Part shown: piece by piece, positions 1 through 14,131 of the stretch | Layout: the number at the start of each line of letters is the position of its first letter | Position numbering within the stretch: the first letter of the stretch is position 1 | The notes under the pieces: model-generated | Told to the model about the DNA's origin: nothing | Seen by the model: the letters and a program-made list of their open reading frames with translations, nothing else | Databases searched by the model: none | Program-made: the position numbers and the translations under genes | Source of the DNA: Tubulanus polymorphus | Taxonomy: Eukaryota; Animalia; Nemertea | DNA length: 64,000 nt | Assembly: GCF_964204645.1 (NCBI RefSeq) | Contig: NC_134034.1 | Coordinates: 10,738,962-10,802,961, forward strand | Direction of reading: 5' to 3'

Positions 1-175
1 AGGGAGATGGAGAGAGGAGAGGGAGATGGAGAGAGGGAGATGGAGAGAGGGAGATGGAGAGAGGAGAGGGAGATGGAGAGAGGAGAGGGAGATGGAGAGA
101 GGGAGATGGAGAGAGAGAGGGGGAGAGAGGGAAACGCAGAGAGGAGGGAGAGTGAGAGGGAGAAGGAGAGGGAAG
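1..175. repeat. Purine-rich (GA/GGA) low-complexity tract
   Basis: Direct reading. Confidence 0.9.
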
Positions 176-204
176 GTCGACGTATGCACGAGTCCCTTCC
201 GAAC

Positions 205-207
<3 letters not shown>

Positions 208-274
<67 letters not shown>
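208..274. repeat. (TA)n microsatellite
   Basis: Direct reading. Confidence 0.98.
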
Positions 275-276
<2 letters not shown>

Positions 277-569
277 GATATTAGCATAAACATTCATATT
301 GATTCATGTAAGACAGGATATTAAAAATGCATCGGGCTATGTATATATTTATCAGATAAATTTTACGACAAGGCTTCTAACGGCATGATATCTGCTATTA
401 AGATAGTGGTTGAACCCGCGGGAGGGATCTATCACTGTAGATCACTGTAGATCGCTGTGCACAGTACATAATACATTTACAATACTTTCTGTTCATTCGA
501 AGCCATCGTTGATCTCACTGAGATCTCACTGATATCTCACTGACACGACAATACGGTTACTTATTCATG

Positions 570-1212
570 AATTGATGATGTCATAGGGGGATTAATGGAG
601 GCTGGCATTCCTACAATGCAACATATCAAGTCTGATGATGTCATAGGGGGATATATGGAGAACCCTATTCCTGCAGGTGTATATATATATATCAAATCTG
701 ATGATGTCATAGGGGGATTTATGGAGAACAATTCCCGCAGGTATATAGATCAAATCTGATGATGTCATAGGGGGATTCATGGAGAAAAATTCCTGCAGGT
801 GTATATAGATCAAATCTGATGATGTCATAGGGGGATATATGGAGAACAATTCTCGCAGGTGTATATAGATCAAATCTAATGATGTCATAGGGGGATTTAT
901 GGAGAACAATTCTTGCAGGTGTATATAGATCAAATCTGATGATGTCATAGGGGGATATATGGAGAACAATTCTCGCAGGTGTATATAGATCAAATCTGAT
1001 GATGTCATAGGGGGATTTATGGAGAACAATTCCTGCAGGTGTATATAGATCAAATCTGATGATGTCATAGGGGGATATATGGAGAACAATTCTCTCAGGT
1101 GTGTATATAGATCAAATCTGATGATGTCATAGGGGGATATATGGAGAACAATTCTCGCAGGTGTATATAGATCAAATCTGATGATGTCATAGGGGGATTC
1201 ATGGAGGCAGCC
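570..1212. repeat. 60-bp minisatellite, ccccctatgacatca family (reverse orientation)
   Basis: Unit gtgtatatagatcaaatctgatgatgtcatagggggatatatggagaacaattctcgcag, ~10 copies. Confidence 0.92.
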
Positions 1213-1787
1213 TGTGACCTGTAAGCGAGAAAATGGGACGGACGCACGGACAATTGGCGCCGAGGCGGCAGCGGCCATCTTGTCTTCGCTACGTACATCA
1301 TTCGTAAGGACCCGTTATTCACGGAAGTTGCTTTCGTCGTAAATTATCATCCGCATTATCATGTCGCGGGTCATAAAAATAATGAATCGTCGAAACTTAT
1401 ATAAGATAGCGGTTTGTCGCCGTCGTCGCCGTCGCCAGCAGGGATAAACATAGTTTTATTACGAGAATCAATTTCGATGAATTTCCGTTCATATCAATAA
1501 AATACGATCGCTCGCTCGCACGCGGCGACGGCGGCAGCGGCCCGGCGGGAGGACGCAAGGGAAAGACTCACAAGATTTTTTATCATCGACTGATTTTATT
1601 TTCTAGCTATCGAAACACTAAAGCCAATGTTGCTTATGGGCGAAAACTGGCCTCGCACGATCAGTAGCTTGGACTTGTCGACGTGCCCGCGACTGATCGG
1701 GCTAACCTTTAAAAGTTGACCCGGTCGGCTTCTCAAATGAAGATTCTTCGCCAGTGGATTATCATGATAAGTCCGTTGTATTAGTGT

Positions 1788-1951
1788 CAGTAGCAGCAGT
1801 AGCAGCAGCAGCAGCAACATGCTGACAAGGATAATAATTCCTTCAGGTATTGTCATCAGTCGCAAGACACCACCACTACTGCTGCTACTACTGCTGCTGT
1901 TGCTGCTGCTGCAGTTTAAAAATTTCCGGTGACAGACAGACACACAGACAC

Positions 1952-1993
<42 letters not shown>
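1788..1993. repeat. (CAG)n/(CTG)n and (GACA)n microsatellites
   Basis: Direct reading. Confidence 0.9.
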
Positions 1994-2339
1994 GGACCAT
2001 TAACGTCAATCGTAAATACATGAATTTATGCTTTTGCACCTGCCGCGCTTGTCTATCAAGGAAAACGTCTCGTAATCCCTTCGGCAGACGGCTGCGCGCC
2101 TCGGGCCACCGCAACAACAGCACAGGTCACTGGTCTCATACACTGACTTCATACGCAAGTCAAGGTGGCAGCAGTTTTATGATAAATACAGGACACACTG
2201 TGAATTTCACGGGTCGTCTCGATACATCTGTTACTACGCGTCTGTCATTTTAGATCGAGCAGACGAAAAACATCCGGCTCATTTTGTCCACAATTACAAG
2301 CGGGACCTGAAAGAACCCTCGATGATCTGAGGTGATCAG

Positions 2340-2872
2340 CAACACCAGTTTCTACAGCGATGTTTCTTCTCTGACCTGTCTCCATCCTACAAGAGGAATA
2401 AGAGCACAGAGCCTATGAGTGACAAACTAACCCAGTTCTTCTCCATCCGCTATAACAATAAAAAGAACCCAGTACTGCACATTGACTTGTAACACAAAAG
2501 AACCCAGAAGCTTTTGGGGTGGTCAGCGACAAAAGTAATTTGGTCTTTGGTTCTTCTCCGTCCGCTACACCAGGTAAAAGAACCCAGAACATTTCGAGGT
2601 GGTCAGCGATAACCCAGTCGTTGGTTCTTCTCCGTCTCCTATAACAGGGAAAAGAACCCAGAACCTTTCGAAGCGACAAAGTAACCTGGTCGATGGTTCT
2701 TCACTACAAGAAGGTATTGTAACCCAGAACCTGTCAGCGACAGAGTAACCATTGGTCATTGGTTCTTCTTTCTCCGCTATAACAGGAAAAATAACCCAGA
2801 AATTTTCGAAGCGACAAAGTAACCTGGTCGATGGTTCTTCACTAGAAGAGGGTATAGTAACCCAGAACCTAA
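2340..2872. repeat. Degenerate tandem repeat (aacccagaac...gcgacaaagtaacc...ggttcttc)
   Basis: Recurring motifs at ~60-70-bp spacing; near-identical blocks at 2668-2730 and 2806-2870. Confidence 0.75.
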
Positions 2873-3164
2873 ACGTACATATATAGAAAGTATTCACGGC
2901 TTTTTAAGTCAATATTAAAGACCACTGTAAAAAAATCTTTTTCCGTTCATGAAACTCAGAATGAAGAGGAATCCGCCGGGGAATCTCGGTTCCACGGCGG
3001 ACAGCGTTTTAAAACTCGCGTCGACGGTTCCGTTGATGATGACTACGGCGTTGACAGTTTTCTTATTAAAACGCGTCGCGGGATTCAGAGATGCGACGAC
3101 TCATTTCAATTCAATTTGCAATCCTTGTCAGATTTCGGTTAGGTTTCGGCGGTTGGTAAAACAG

Positions 3165-3612
3165 CGTAGGGAGGAGTGGTGAGAGTAGCGTACGGGGAGG
3201 AGTGGAGAGAGTAGAGTACGGGGAGGAGTGGTGAGAGTAGAGTACGGGGAGGAGTGGTGAGAGTAGCGTACGGGGAGGAGTGGTGAGAGTAGCGTACGGG
3301 GAGGAGTGGTAAGAGTAGCGTACGGGGAGGAGTGGTGAGAGTAGAGTACGGGGAGGAGTGGTGAGAGTAGCGTACGGGGAGGAGTGGTGAGAGTAGCGTA
3401 CGGGGAGGAGTGGTGAGAGTAGAGTACGGGGAGGAGTGGAGAGAGTAGCGTACGGGGAGGAGTGGTGAGAGTAGCGTACGGGGAGGAGTGGTGAGAGTAG
3501 CGTACGGGGAGGAGTGGTGAGAGTAGCGTACGGGGGAGGAGTGGTGAGAGTAGAGTACGGGGAGGAGTGGTGAGAGTAGTGTACGGGGAGGAGTGGTGAG
3601 AGAAGCGTACGG
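3165..3612. repeat. 26-bp G-rich minisatellite
   Basis: Unit ggggaggagtggtgagagtagcgtac, ~17 copies. Confidence 0.95.
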
Positions 3613-3689
3613 TGATGAGGTTCTTCATGTTGTTATATTCATATCCGAATATTGTCAATTTTAATCTCTAAGAAAAAGAAACTTCTTTA

Positions 3690-4152
3690 GTTTGACTGTA
3701 TCTAAATACTGAACTTGTCAACAATCTTTGAAAATACTTGACTGTCCGCCCTGAAGCATTAGAGCTGTCAACTATCCCTGATTGTGAGGAACAGTCTCTG
3801 AAAATACTTACCTGTCCCCCCTGATGCACGCAGAGCTGTCAACTATCCCTGATTGTGAGATCCAGTCTCTGAAAATACTCAACTGTCCCCCTGACGCACG
3901 CAGAGCTGTCAACCATCCCTGATTGTCAGCAACAGTCTCTGAAAATACTTTACTGTCCCCCCTGATGCACGCCGAGCTGTCAACCATCCCTGATTGTCAG
4001 CAACTGTCTCTGAAAATACTTTACTGTTTCCCCTGACGCACGCAGAGCTGTCAACCATCCCTGATTGTCAGCAACAGTCTCCGAAAATACTGAACTGTCC
4101 CCCCTGACGCACGCAGAGCTGTCAACCATCCCTGATCATCAGCAACAGTCTA
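3690..4152. repeat. ~70-bp minisatellite family
   Basis: Unit gaaaatactttactgtccccctgacgcacgcagagctgtcaaccatccctgattgtcagcaacagtctct. Confidence 0.92.
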
Positions 4153-4877
4153 TCGTCCAGCTATATATACTGTATTTCAATCAATTTACTGTATTTCAAT
4201 GTTCGCCGAATGAGAAGAGGTTTTTTATTAGCAATTAATCACGTTTCTGAATAGCTACAGTTTTTCCCCCCCCCCCCGACACCGTGAGAGCCGTATCGCA
4301 GCACCTTCGCAATATCTCTAATTGCAACTTTAGAAAATAACTTCTTCAATTTATCGCCGAATGTCGGGTTGCGTAATGGGACGCTATGAGGATTTTTCGT
4401 CGATACTGAAGAAGAAATTTTGCCGATGACGAAGCATAACACAACGACGCTTCGGTTTAAGCTGATTAATGCGATAAAAAAAGGCGACCCACGCAAGATA
4501 GCGAGCGCTCACTCGCCACAGTCGGCGACACGCGCGCACACGTCGAAACTAATTACGTCTGCGATAATTAACGAGATTTATGTTTCGTTTGATTCATTAA
4601 GACGAACGTCGTTTTAAAGGTAATCGGCTTCTACGCCGCCCACCGACCCTCTCGCCTAGTTCTCACCGTATCTCTCTCCCTCTCTCCCTCCCTCCCTCCC
4701 TCCCTCTCTCTCTGCGGTTAAAAATGTTACCCTTGAACGGAAATACGTCGTTGGTTTTAAACGCCGTTTGCGATTTTTTTTTCTAAAGCAATCTATCATG
4801 ATTTTTCATCATTGCGACAGAAGCTACAATTTCTACGAAGCAAGCAGAAGTTTGCCTAATTTCGAAACGCTAAAAGC

Positions 4878-5250
4878 TATTTTCAAAAACTAAGACAGTA
4901 TTGATGTTTAAACCCAATTCTATGACCCATTTTTAAAACTAAGAGTGTAGTGACGTTTAGACTCAATTCTATGAGCCATTTTTAAAACTAAGAGATTAGT
5001 GACGTTTAGACTCAATTCTATGAGCCATTTTTAAAACAAGAGAGTAGTGACGTTTAGACTCAATTCTATGAGCCATTTTTTTAAAACTAAGAGATTAGTG
5101 ACGTTTAGACTCAATTCTATGAGCCATTTTTAAAACAAGAGAGTAGTGACGTTTAGACTCAATTCTATTAGACATTTTCTAAGTTTTGAAAATGGCTCGT
5201 AGAATTGAGTCTTAACGTCACTACTCTCTTAGTTTTGAAAATGTCTAACA
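4878..5250. repeat. ~49-bp tandem units followed by an inverted copy (foldback-like)
   Basis: ttttaaaactaagagagtagtgacgtttagactcaattctatgagcca x~6, then its reverse complement at 5185-5245. Confidence 0.85.
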
Positions 5251-5737
5251 GTTTGTTTGGTGTTCTGCAACAGATCCTGATGTTCCGTTATAAAGCTATA
5301 TGACTTGCGGTATCGGCTGGGTCTTACCCGAAGTCTCTAAAGCGAAATCAGAATTTTGCTATATCCAGCGGATTACGTGCGACCATTTTGTTTTGCTTAC
5401 AACTCGAAATAATTTCCCCCGGGCGTGCGCTCGATCGGCCTTTTTTTGGTCTGTGCCGCGGACGCCGTCGTTTAGTTGCCCCGAACCACCGGCGGTCTCG
5501 CGCGCGGTCTCAGACACGAAACCTGAATTGCATTTTAAGCCCAGAAACCGTTTTAACGAAATGAAATTGAAAAATGACGATTCTCAACTCGTTTCAGTAA
5601 TCTCCTCCTCGTCGGGAGTTCGAATGCAATCGGGGAAATTTTATCCAATTTTTCCAAGTCGCGAAATTGGTTTTGACGAAAACTATTTCAAGATATAAAA
5701 GATTATTTTCAATGATTGAAGTCAATTCTCGTATAGT

Positions 5738-6530
5738 GGTCTTGAATTGTTAGATTAGCTATAAAACCAAAAGTGAGCTTAGATTGTTCTTAAGTTGTTA
5801 GATTGGCTATAGAACCAAAATGAGCTTAGACTGGTCTTAAGTTGTTAGATTGGTTATAGAACCAAAATGAGCTTAGACTGGTCTTAAGTTGTTAGATTGG
5901 TTATAGAACCAAAATGAGTTTAGACTGATCTTAAGTTTCAGATTAGTTATAGAACCAAAATGAGCTTAGACTGGTCTTAAGTTGTTAGATTGGTTATAGA
6001 ACCAAAATGAGCTTAGACTGGTCTTAAGTTGTTAGATTGGTTATAGAACCAAAATGAGCTTAGACTGGTCTTAAGTTGTTAGATTGGTTATAGAACCAAA
6101 ATGAGTTTAGACTGATCTTAAGTTTCAGATTAGTTATAGAACCAAAATGAGCTTAGACTGGTCTTAAGTTGTTAGATTGGTTATAGAACCAAAATGAGCT
6201 TAGACTGGTCTTAAGTTGTTAGATTGGTTATAGAACCAAAATGAGCTTAGACTGGTCTTAAGTTGTTAGATTGGTTATAGAACCAAAATGAGCTTAGACT
6301 GGTCTTAAGTTGTTAGATTGGTTATCGAACCAAAATGAGCTTAGACTGGTCTTAAGTTGTTAGATTGGTTATAGAACCAAAATGAGCTTAGACTGGTCTT
6401 TAGTTGATAGATTGGTTATCGAACCAAAATAAGCTTAGACCGGTCTTATATTGTAACGATTGGCTATAGTACCAAATGAGCTAAGACTGGGTCTTAAATT
6501 GTTACATTGACTGTAGAACCAGTCTTATAA
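5738..6530. repeat. 47-bp minisatellite derived from the MITE A interior (reverse orientation)
   Basis: Unit taagttgttagattggttatagaaccaaaatgagcttagactggtct, ~16 copies. Confidence 0.92.
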
Positions 6531-6624
6531 GTTTCTCCATTGGCTATAGAACTAAGATACGTAGGTAAGTTAGGTGACTTCAAATCTAAGCTTTAACTAC
6601 ACAACTAGCAACAGGGTTTAAAGT

Positions 6625-6763
6625 CTGGGCCTGTTGCCACAGTCATGGCTTAGACTGAAGTCCAGTCTAAGACCAACTTATTTCTATAGCCAATCTTACA
6701 ACTTAAAACCTTAAGATTTAAGACACTTATGGACTTAGGTCGTGACTGTGCAACGGGCTCCCG
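6625..6763. mobile_element. Harbinger-like MITE A, diverged
   Basis: Same body; degraded TIRs. Other diverged copies at ~17662-17790, ~44830-44953 and ~11760-11840. Confidence 0.7.
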
Positions 6764-6995
6764 GTCGTAAATCGTAATTCAAGCCTCGCTCGATTTCAGC
6801 AGTAGAATTATCATGTGGGGCCTATTTGTCACCCAAGAGATGCCGCCGAAACTGAATCTAATTGCTATCATTCATCTTGAGGGCTAGTGCCGAGGAAACT
6901 CATTTACAATTCATCGCTTGACCGCAACAACATCAACGTACACATACTCACATAGTTAAACAAACGCACGCAGACGGACGAACCGGACCAGCGAA

Positions 6996-7019
6996 AGAGA
7001 GAGGAGGGAGGGAGGGAGG

Positions 7020-7073
<54 letters not shown>

Positions 7074-7085
7074 GAAAGAGAGAGG
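6996..7085. repeat. (GGGA)n/(GA)n microsatellite
   Basis: Direct reading. Confidence 0.95.
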
Positions 7086-7379
7086 GACACAATTGAGTGA
7101 TTTAGAATTTTACGCGCGCGCATGCGGCCCGCAGTACATCATCACCATTGATGACAGGCAATGCATCATTGGCGGTTTCGTTTCGCGGTTCGTTTCGATA
7201 TTGCATGTTCTGTTTTCGCCGATTGTCGTTTCCAATCGCGCGAACCATCGGTCAACTGGTCAACCCGGTCAGCCGAACAATCAGGTCATTACCGTCCAAC
7301 GAGGTAACCTGAACAGTTGGGCTCGATACCCCATTGGTCGAGCTTAATCCCCGCCCAGGGCGGCACCAATTTCCGCCCA

Positions 7380-8043
7380 TTGTCAGACTCAATCCCTCAT
7401 TGGTCAGACATAATAATGCCCCACTGGTCAGACTCAATGCCCCACTGGTCAGACTCAATGCCCCAGTGGTCAGACTCAATGCCCCACTGGTCAGACTCAA
7501 TGCCCCAGTGGTCAGACTCAATGCCCCACTGGTCAGACTCAATGCCCCACTGGTCAGACTCAACACTGCACTGGTCAGACTCAATGCCCCACCGGTCAGA
7601 CTCAATGCCCCACTGGTCAGACTCAATGCCCCACCGGTCAGACTCAATGCCCCACCGGTCAGACTCAATCCCCCACTGGTCAGACTCAATGCCCCACCGG
7701 TCAGACTCAATGCCCCACCGGTCAGACTCAATCCCCCACTGGTCAGACTCAATCCCCCACCGGTCAGACTCAATCCCCCACTGGTCAGACTCAATCCCCC
7801 ACCGGTCAGACTCAATGCCCCACTGGTCAGACTCAATGCCCCACCGGTCAGACTCAATGCCCCACCGGTCAGACTCAATCCCCCACTGGTCAGACTAAAT
7901 GCCCCACCGGTCAGACTCAATGCCCCACCGGTCAGACTCAATCCCCCACTGGTCAGACTCAATCCCCCACCGGTCAGACTCAATCCCCCACTGGTCAGAT
8001 TCAATGCCCCACCGGTAAGACTCAACCCCCCCACCGGTCAGAC
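7380..8043. repeat. 21-bp minisatellite
   Basis: Unit ggtcagactcaatgccccac(t/c), ~31 copies. Confidence 0.95.
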
Positions 8044-8300
8044 TAGGCTCAAGTCAATAAATCCGACAAGCTAGACTGATAAATAATGCACCGTAATTAA
8101 GCTTCGTGGGATGTGCTCCGCGAACGGCAGGCATCAGTCTCCGCTCCCACGAGAGTCGAGCCGTTATTTTTCTAGCGTTGTCGATAAATTCGAACATCTA
8201 TATTTAACCGATGACCACGTCTCACGGGACTAATTCGTAACGCTAGTTCAAGGTTTCTTTTTTCCCCGGTGACCGAGAAACTAGTCCGCAGAACCAGCCT

Positions 8301-8456
<156 letters not shown>

Positions 8457-10914
8457 ATGCTGAAATCGAAGACCGAAGCCACTCGCTAGTCATTGCAAAT
8501 ACCCCCAAGATGGAACCGCAAAAAATGGGCATCGACCAGTGCGGGGAATGGGAAAACGAAATGAAATCAGGATAAGTGGAAATTGGAAAAATAAGAAGAA
8601 ATTGGAAGAATGGGTGGGAGTCGCTTATGAGGCAATCTACTAAAAGTGGCATTAATCCGCGGACAAATGGATATTGAAGTATAGGTCACCGACGAGGACA
8701 CTTGAAGGGCGAACAAACACTCGGCGTTTCATTGTTATTCATCTTATCACCGAGATTTCATCAGCCAAAGATCCGCGCGGATAATAGGCGCATACCTTTC
8801 CCTTCCGCGCGCGCGCATGCCAGCCATTCGTTAATATCGCTATTATGCATCTATCCCTCTCGCGCTAATCTTACCGGCGACCGCGACGCAAAAATACTCA
8901 TCGCATAAAAGACTCTTATCACCGCTTACCAGTTATTAGCAAAAAAAAAATGACGGGGTTATTACTCGAACGTACCGCGTGCGTTTGTTATTTTAGCTCG
9001 AGCAGACGGAAGCATCCGGCTCATTTCGTCGCCGCGATTAACGCTCGAATAGCCCTACCTACCCGCGCTCGTAATAACAACGGCGAAAAACAAAACAAAA
9101 TATCAAGGTTTTTGACCCCGACGAAACATATTTGATCTTTCAACGACCGTGGGGCAAGAAATGATTTCGACGTCGTTCTCATTGTCGTTTCCCATCGGAG
9201 ACAGGCTGCGACCTTGCAACACCCCGCCGCCTACAGTCATCGCCGTCGATAATGAGCGGAAAGTTTTCTATTTGAAGAAGGCGGCTTATCGTTGTCAGCT
9301 ATATTTGACTTCTTCAAATGGGAAACTTTTCGCTCATTATTCGACGTTGATGATGATGATGACTGCAGGGACCGGGGTGCAACAAGGCTACAGTCTGTCT
9401 CCCACGCAAAACGCTAAGTCGTTTCTTGCGCTGCGAGCTTTAACCAACTCCGTAGTCATATTCGATCAATCAACTATACATAGTTATAAAGTCATTTGTC
9501 TTTCGCTAAACAGCACTAAGTTGCAAGTTTATTCATGCCATAAAAATATGAAGCATATACTGCTTAGTATTGACGGCAATAAATGATGTAGTATTCCGGT
9601 ATGATAAGCCTATAATATAAATCATGTAATATCAAAGATCAACAAAGATCAATAAAATTCATTTTTGATTTTAATATCGATAATTGAATTGAATTGACCG
9701 GTCTAGCCCCGATATATTGATGGCATAGTGCACATGTTTTCAATGATTATCAAAATTTGTCGAAATAAAATAAGAGTTATGAAATATGTTCAATTACAAA
9801 ACAAATTCCGAATTTCACAATTGTAATCGTTATTTTGAAATGTCAATATTGATGATGTAGTGCACAGGGACTCATACAGAACCCTTTAAATAACGCATAC
9901 TAGGTATCGGTGTAAACATTATTTCAACAGTTTTTACGCCATCAAAAAATTTAAATCTCTGGTGTTTCACAAGGCGACAGTCAGTCTCCCGCACATAGCA
10001 CAGTTTTAAAAAATCAATTTGAGGACTAAAAAAACCCAACAATATTGACGATTAGAAAGAAAAGTTCGTTACACCGACATTATGAGTAGAACACTTCTCC
10101 TCATCTTCATACTTCAAGATAAATTGAGATTTCAATTCGTCTTCGTGAAGAAATAAACGTTGAAAAATTCGAAATTATGCGAACGACAATAACAGCCGCA
10201 TAATAGAAAATTCTTACAATTCAAACTTAGTCGGCAAGTTTTCAAGCTCAACCACACTTGAATGTAAACCGCGAAGCTTATTCCAAAAGCGCAGCATCAA
10301 ATCGACGTAGCAGGAAAAAAGATTCCTAAGATTTCCGCCGCTCGAAAGTTTAAACGATTTGAAAAGTCATCGCGTTTAGTCTTCGCGCGGAGAGGAGTTA
10401 CTGAATAAAACATGTTCAATCATCGGCTTTCGATATTCGTACCGCCGTTTTGATTTCTTTTCCTACTTAAGAAATAGAATTCGAATTTTCCGCGATTAAT
10501 TAAAACGCGTTTCTTTGAGACGGATTTGAATGGAAGTTCATTTTTCCAAAAAGCGATAAAACCACGCGTCGAACGCTTTTTAAACGGTCGCACGGTAAAC
10601 ACCGCCGCCGCGGCAAAACGGGTGAAATCGTCTAATGGTTTCGGGTTGAGTTCGGCGCGAGTCGAGTGTCGGCAGACGGATTCTCGTCACTTAATCGGTA
10701 AACGACGATCATTGACACAGAAATCGACGCAGTTGAAACACTGCGACACTCGTCGTCATCGTCACTTGCGATATGTCAATATAACCGTGACACTTGTAAC
10801 GGCAGACACACTGACAGTCTTTTTTCAGCGTAATCATTACCGGTTATTCGCTGTATATCGGTAGATACCTGGATCTGTAGTTGGTTCTACGGTAAAACGA
10901 AATGAGTGCAGTCA

Positions 10915-11330
10915 AACCAACAAAACTGTAAAAACTGGGCCCCGGGTCAAATTAAACCCACACAACTGTGGAACTGGGTTCAGAGTCAAATTAAACCTAC
11001 ACAACTGTGGAACTGGGTTCAGAGTCAAATTAAACCCACGCAACTGTGGAACTGGGTTCAGAGTCAAATTAAACCCACATAACCGTGGAACTGCATCCAG
11101 AGACAAATTAAACCCACAGAACTGTGGAACTGGATTCAGTGACAAATTAAACCCACAAAACTGTGGAACTGGATCCAGAGTCAAATTAAACCCACATAAC
11201 CTTGGAACTGCATCCAGAGACAAATTAAACCCACAGAACTGTGAAACTGGGTTCAGAGTCAAATTAAACCCACGCAACTGTAGAACTGGATCCAGAATCA
11301 AATTAAACCCACGCAACCGGATCCAGAGTT
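10915..11330. repeat. 39-bp minisatellite family
   Basis: Unit aactgtggaactgggttcagagtcaaattaaacccacac. Confidence 0.92.
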
Positions 11331-12559
11331 AGCGTTTTAACCCGGTAATTTTCCGCTTGGCGTCTGATGTACGTGTGTCACGGCACTAGTCTGCCCTATT
11401 CAACAGTAATCACCGGAGCAGACGGACTAGAAATGAAAATTTCTCCTCATCATTCGTAAACATGCGCGCGCTTAACGGTCACCGACGCTTAACTAGGTCT
11501 ATCGGTTTCAGCTCACAATAAATCGCCCGAAGTGATTTTGACGGGGCTGTTTTCGCTGGGATCGGCCGCGGCTAGCTTATCGATCAACGAAACGAACCGA
11601 CGGCCAAACACTGCACTGTCACGTCTTATCGTCGATAAGTAATTTGACGGGATAAGCTGTAGGCGGAGCGCTGATCAACGGGTCGGGAAGAGGAGAGACT
11701 CGGGGAGAGAATAAAATACCGAGGCACGATAAGTGATTTCCGAAGTACGTAACCAGCTGCAGGGCCGATTGCATAGGCAGGCTTAGAATTAGGCCCGGTC
11801 TAACACCAATTTATTTATATAGCATATCTAACAACTCGAAACCATGATCAATCAGCTTTTGATAACTTTCGAGAATTTTTCATCCTATTCTGTCGTCATT
11901 TTACCCGAATTCTGCCTTTCTGACAAAATTGTGCCATTTTCGAATGAAATGAACTAATTCGAACTCGCAGTTAACTCGCGACTGCGGAACTAGAAGAAGG
12001 TCTTACGGCGGTTTTTTTTAAGACCCCCTCAATCCGTACCTGCCACATCGAGAACAGTAGAACTAGAACGTGATTGCATCGACGTCAGAAGGCCAACCAT
12101 AAAATACCGAACAGCGCGTTGATCGCGCCGACCGATGTCTTTTTAAATCGCGCCACCGAGCCGATAAACCAACAATAGGCCCGCGTTGTCCGCGACTACG
12201 ACGTTCCGCGCGGCGGCCAATTACGTGATTTACGTATAAACGACTAATAGTTACTTGTTACGGTTGATCGCGCGGGAAACCGATGTTCATTGTTGCGGAA
12301 TCGCCGTAGTAACACGGCGGCCGCCGTTTTACGATCGTTTTACGGCCAGGTTCTCACATCGTTCGACAGTTTGTTAATGTTTCCCCAAAGAGTTTCGAAG
12401 AAGAAATGAATAATGCCATTGTTAGAATCGGCTACTTGTCGCTTGCCGGCTACACGTGCCTGCAGTGTAGCCATGAAGTTTATAGTTTAGCTATGTTTTC
12501 ATGTTTCAAAGACTATGAACGTTGAAAATGTCAGTTACAGAATGATTGTTAAGTAATAA

Positions 12560-13650
12560 CCATGGTATGGAGGTCAGCGTTTAGATACCACGGTATAAGG
12601 ATCAGTGTTGAGATACCACAGTATAGTGTTCAATGGTTAGATACCACAGAATAAGTCAGTGTTTAAAACCACGGTACAGTGTTCAATGTTGAGATTACAC
12701 GGTACAGTGTTCAATGTTGAGATACCACAGTAAAGTTTAATGTTTATATACCACAGTAAAGTGTTTAATGTTTATATACCACGGTACAGTGTTCAATGGT
12801 TAGATACCACAGAATAAGTCAGTGTTTAAAACCACGGTACAGTGTTCAATGTTGAGATAACACGGTACAGTGTTCAATGTTAAGATACCACGGTACAGTG
12901 TTCAATGTTGAGATACCACGGTACAGTGTTCAATGTTGAGATACCACGGTACAGTGTTCAATGTTGAGATACCACGGTACAGTGTTCAATGTTGAGATAC
13001 CACGGTACAGTGTGTAATGTTGAGATACCACAGTAAAGTTTAATGTTTATATACCACAGTAAAGCGTTTAATGTTTATATACCATGGTACAGTGTTCAAT
13101 GTTAAGATACCACGGTACAGTGTTCAATGTTGAGATACCACGGTACAGTGTTCAATGTTGAGATACCACGGTACAGTGTTCAATGTTGAGATACCACGGT
13201 ACAGTGTTCAATGTTGAGATAACACGGTACAGTGTTCAATGTTAAGATACCACGGTACAGTGTTCAATGTTGAGATACCACGGTACAGTGTTCAATGTTG
13301 AGATACCACGGTACAGTGTTCAATGTTGAGATACCACGGTACAGTGTTCAATGTTGAGATACCACGGTACAGTGTGTAATGTTGAGATACCACAGTAAAG
13401 TTTAATGTTTATATACCACAGTAAAGCGTTTAATGTTTATATACCATGGTACAGTGTTCAATGTTGAGATAACACGGTACAGTGTTCAATGTTAAGATAC
13501 CACAGTAAAGTTTAATGTTGAGATACCACGGTACAGTGTTTAATGTTTATATACCACGGTAAAGTGTTTAACGTTTACATTCCATGGTACAGTGTTCGAT
13601 GTTGAGATACCATGGTACAGGATTCAGTGTTTATAAACCACGGTACAGGG
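12560..13650. repeat. 28-bp minisatellite with higher-order blocks
   Basis: Unit gttgagataccacggtacagtgttcaat; the variant doublet cacagtaaagtttaatgtttatat recurs at ~12725, ~13030 and ~13390. Confidence 0.93.
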
Positions 13651-14131
13651 AATTACACTGTTAAGAGTTAACAGGAGTTTTTTATTTCTAACATCTCTTC
13701 CACGTTTTGATGGCTTCGACTCTAATGGAAACCGATGGCTCTTTACGTAACGAAAAAAAAAATCGTTGTCGCGGATAGCGAAAAATAAATGACCTGACGC
13801 GCGTCGCGCTTTCGCAGATCCGGCGGCCATTTCCTAACGCCGGTAACGCGGTTCTAAACGACTACTTCAATTCTACTCGTCGAGTCCTGAACGCGGCATT
13901 AGCGCACGCCGTCGCGTTCAATATTCATCAACACACACGTTCATTAATACAGTTTATTCGCGAACTAGGAATTGAACGTTACTCATAACTCGTTCGTCAA
14001 TCGGTTTAAAACCTACTCAAACATTAAACAAAGCTCAATATTCCACAGTACGGGAGTAATTACAAGGTCGTAGTTCAAGGTCACCAAGTGTGGTCGAGAC
14101 GCGGGTAATTCATTTCAAAATGACTTTGAGA

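Noticed and set aside
592-1278. 228-aa repetitive ORF; also CTGATGA in each 60-bp unit as a possible hammerhead or snoRNA box
   Set aside because: The ORF is a product of a stop-free 60-bp unit. After CTGATGA there is no G-C closed stem II followed by GAAA (reads tatggaGAAC), and sister arrays lack the C, so it is not called a ribozyme.
7252-8074. Three overlapping long ORFs (GGALSLT, MPHWSDS and VRLNAPP repeats)
   Set aside because: A 21-bp minisatellite open in several frames on both strands; no splice or start context.
10912-11316. 13-aa repeat ORFs (GFNLTLNPVPQLC), also near 25 kb and 50.8 kb
   Set aside because: Dispersed 39-bp minisatellite present in both orientations.
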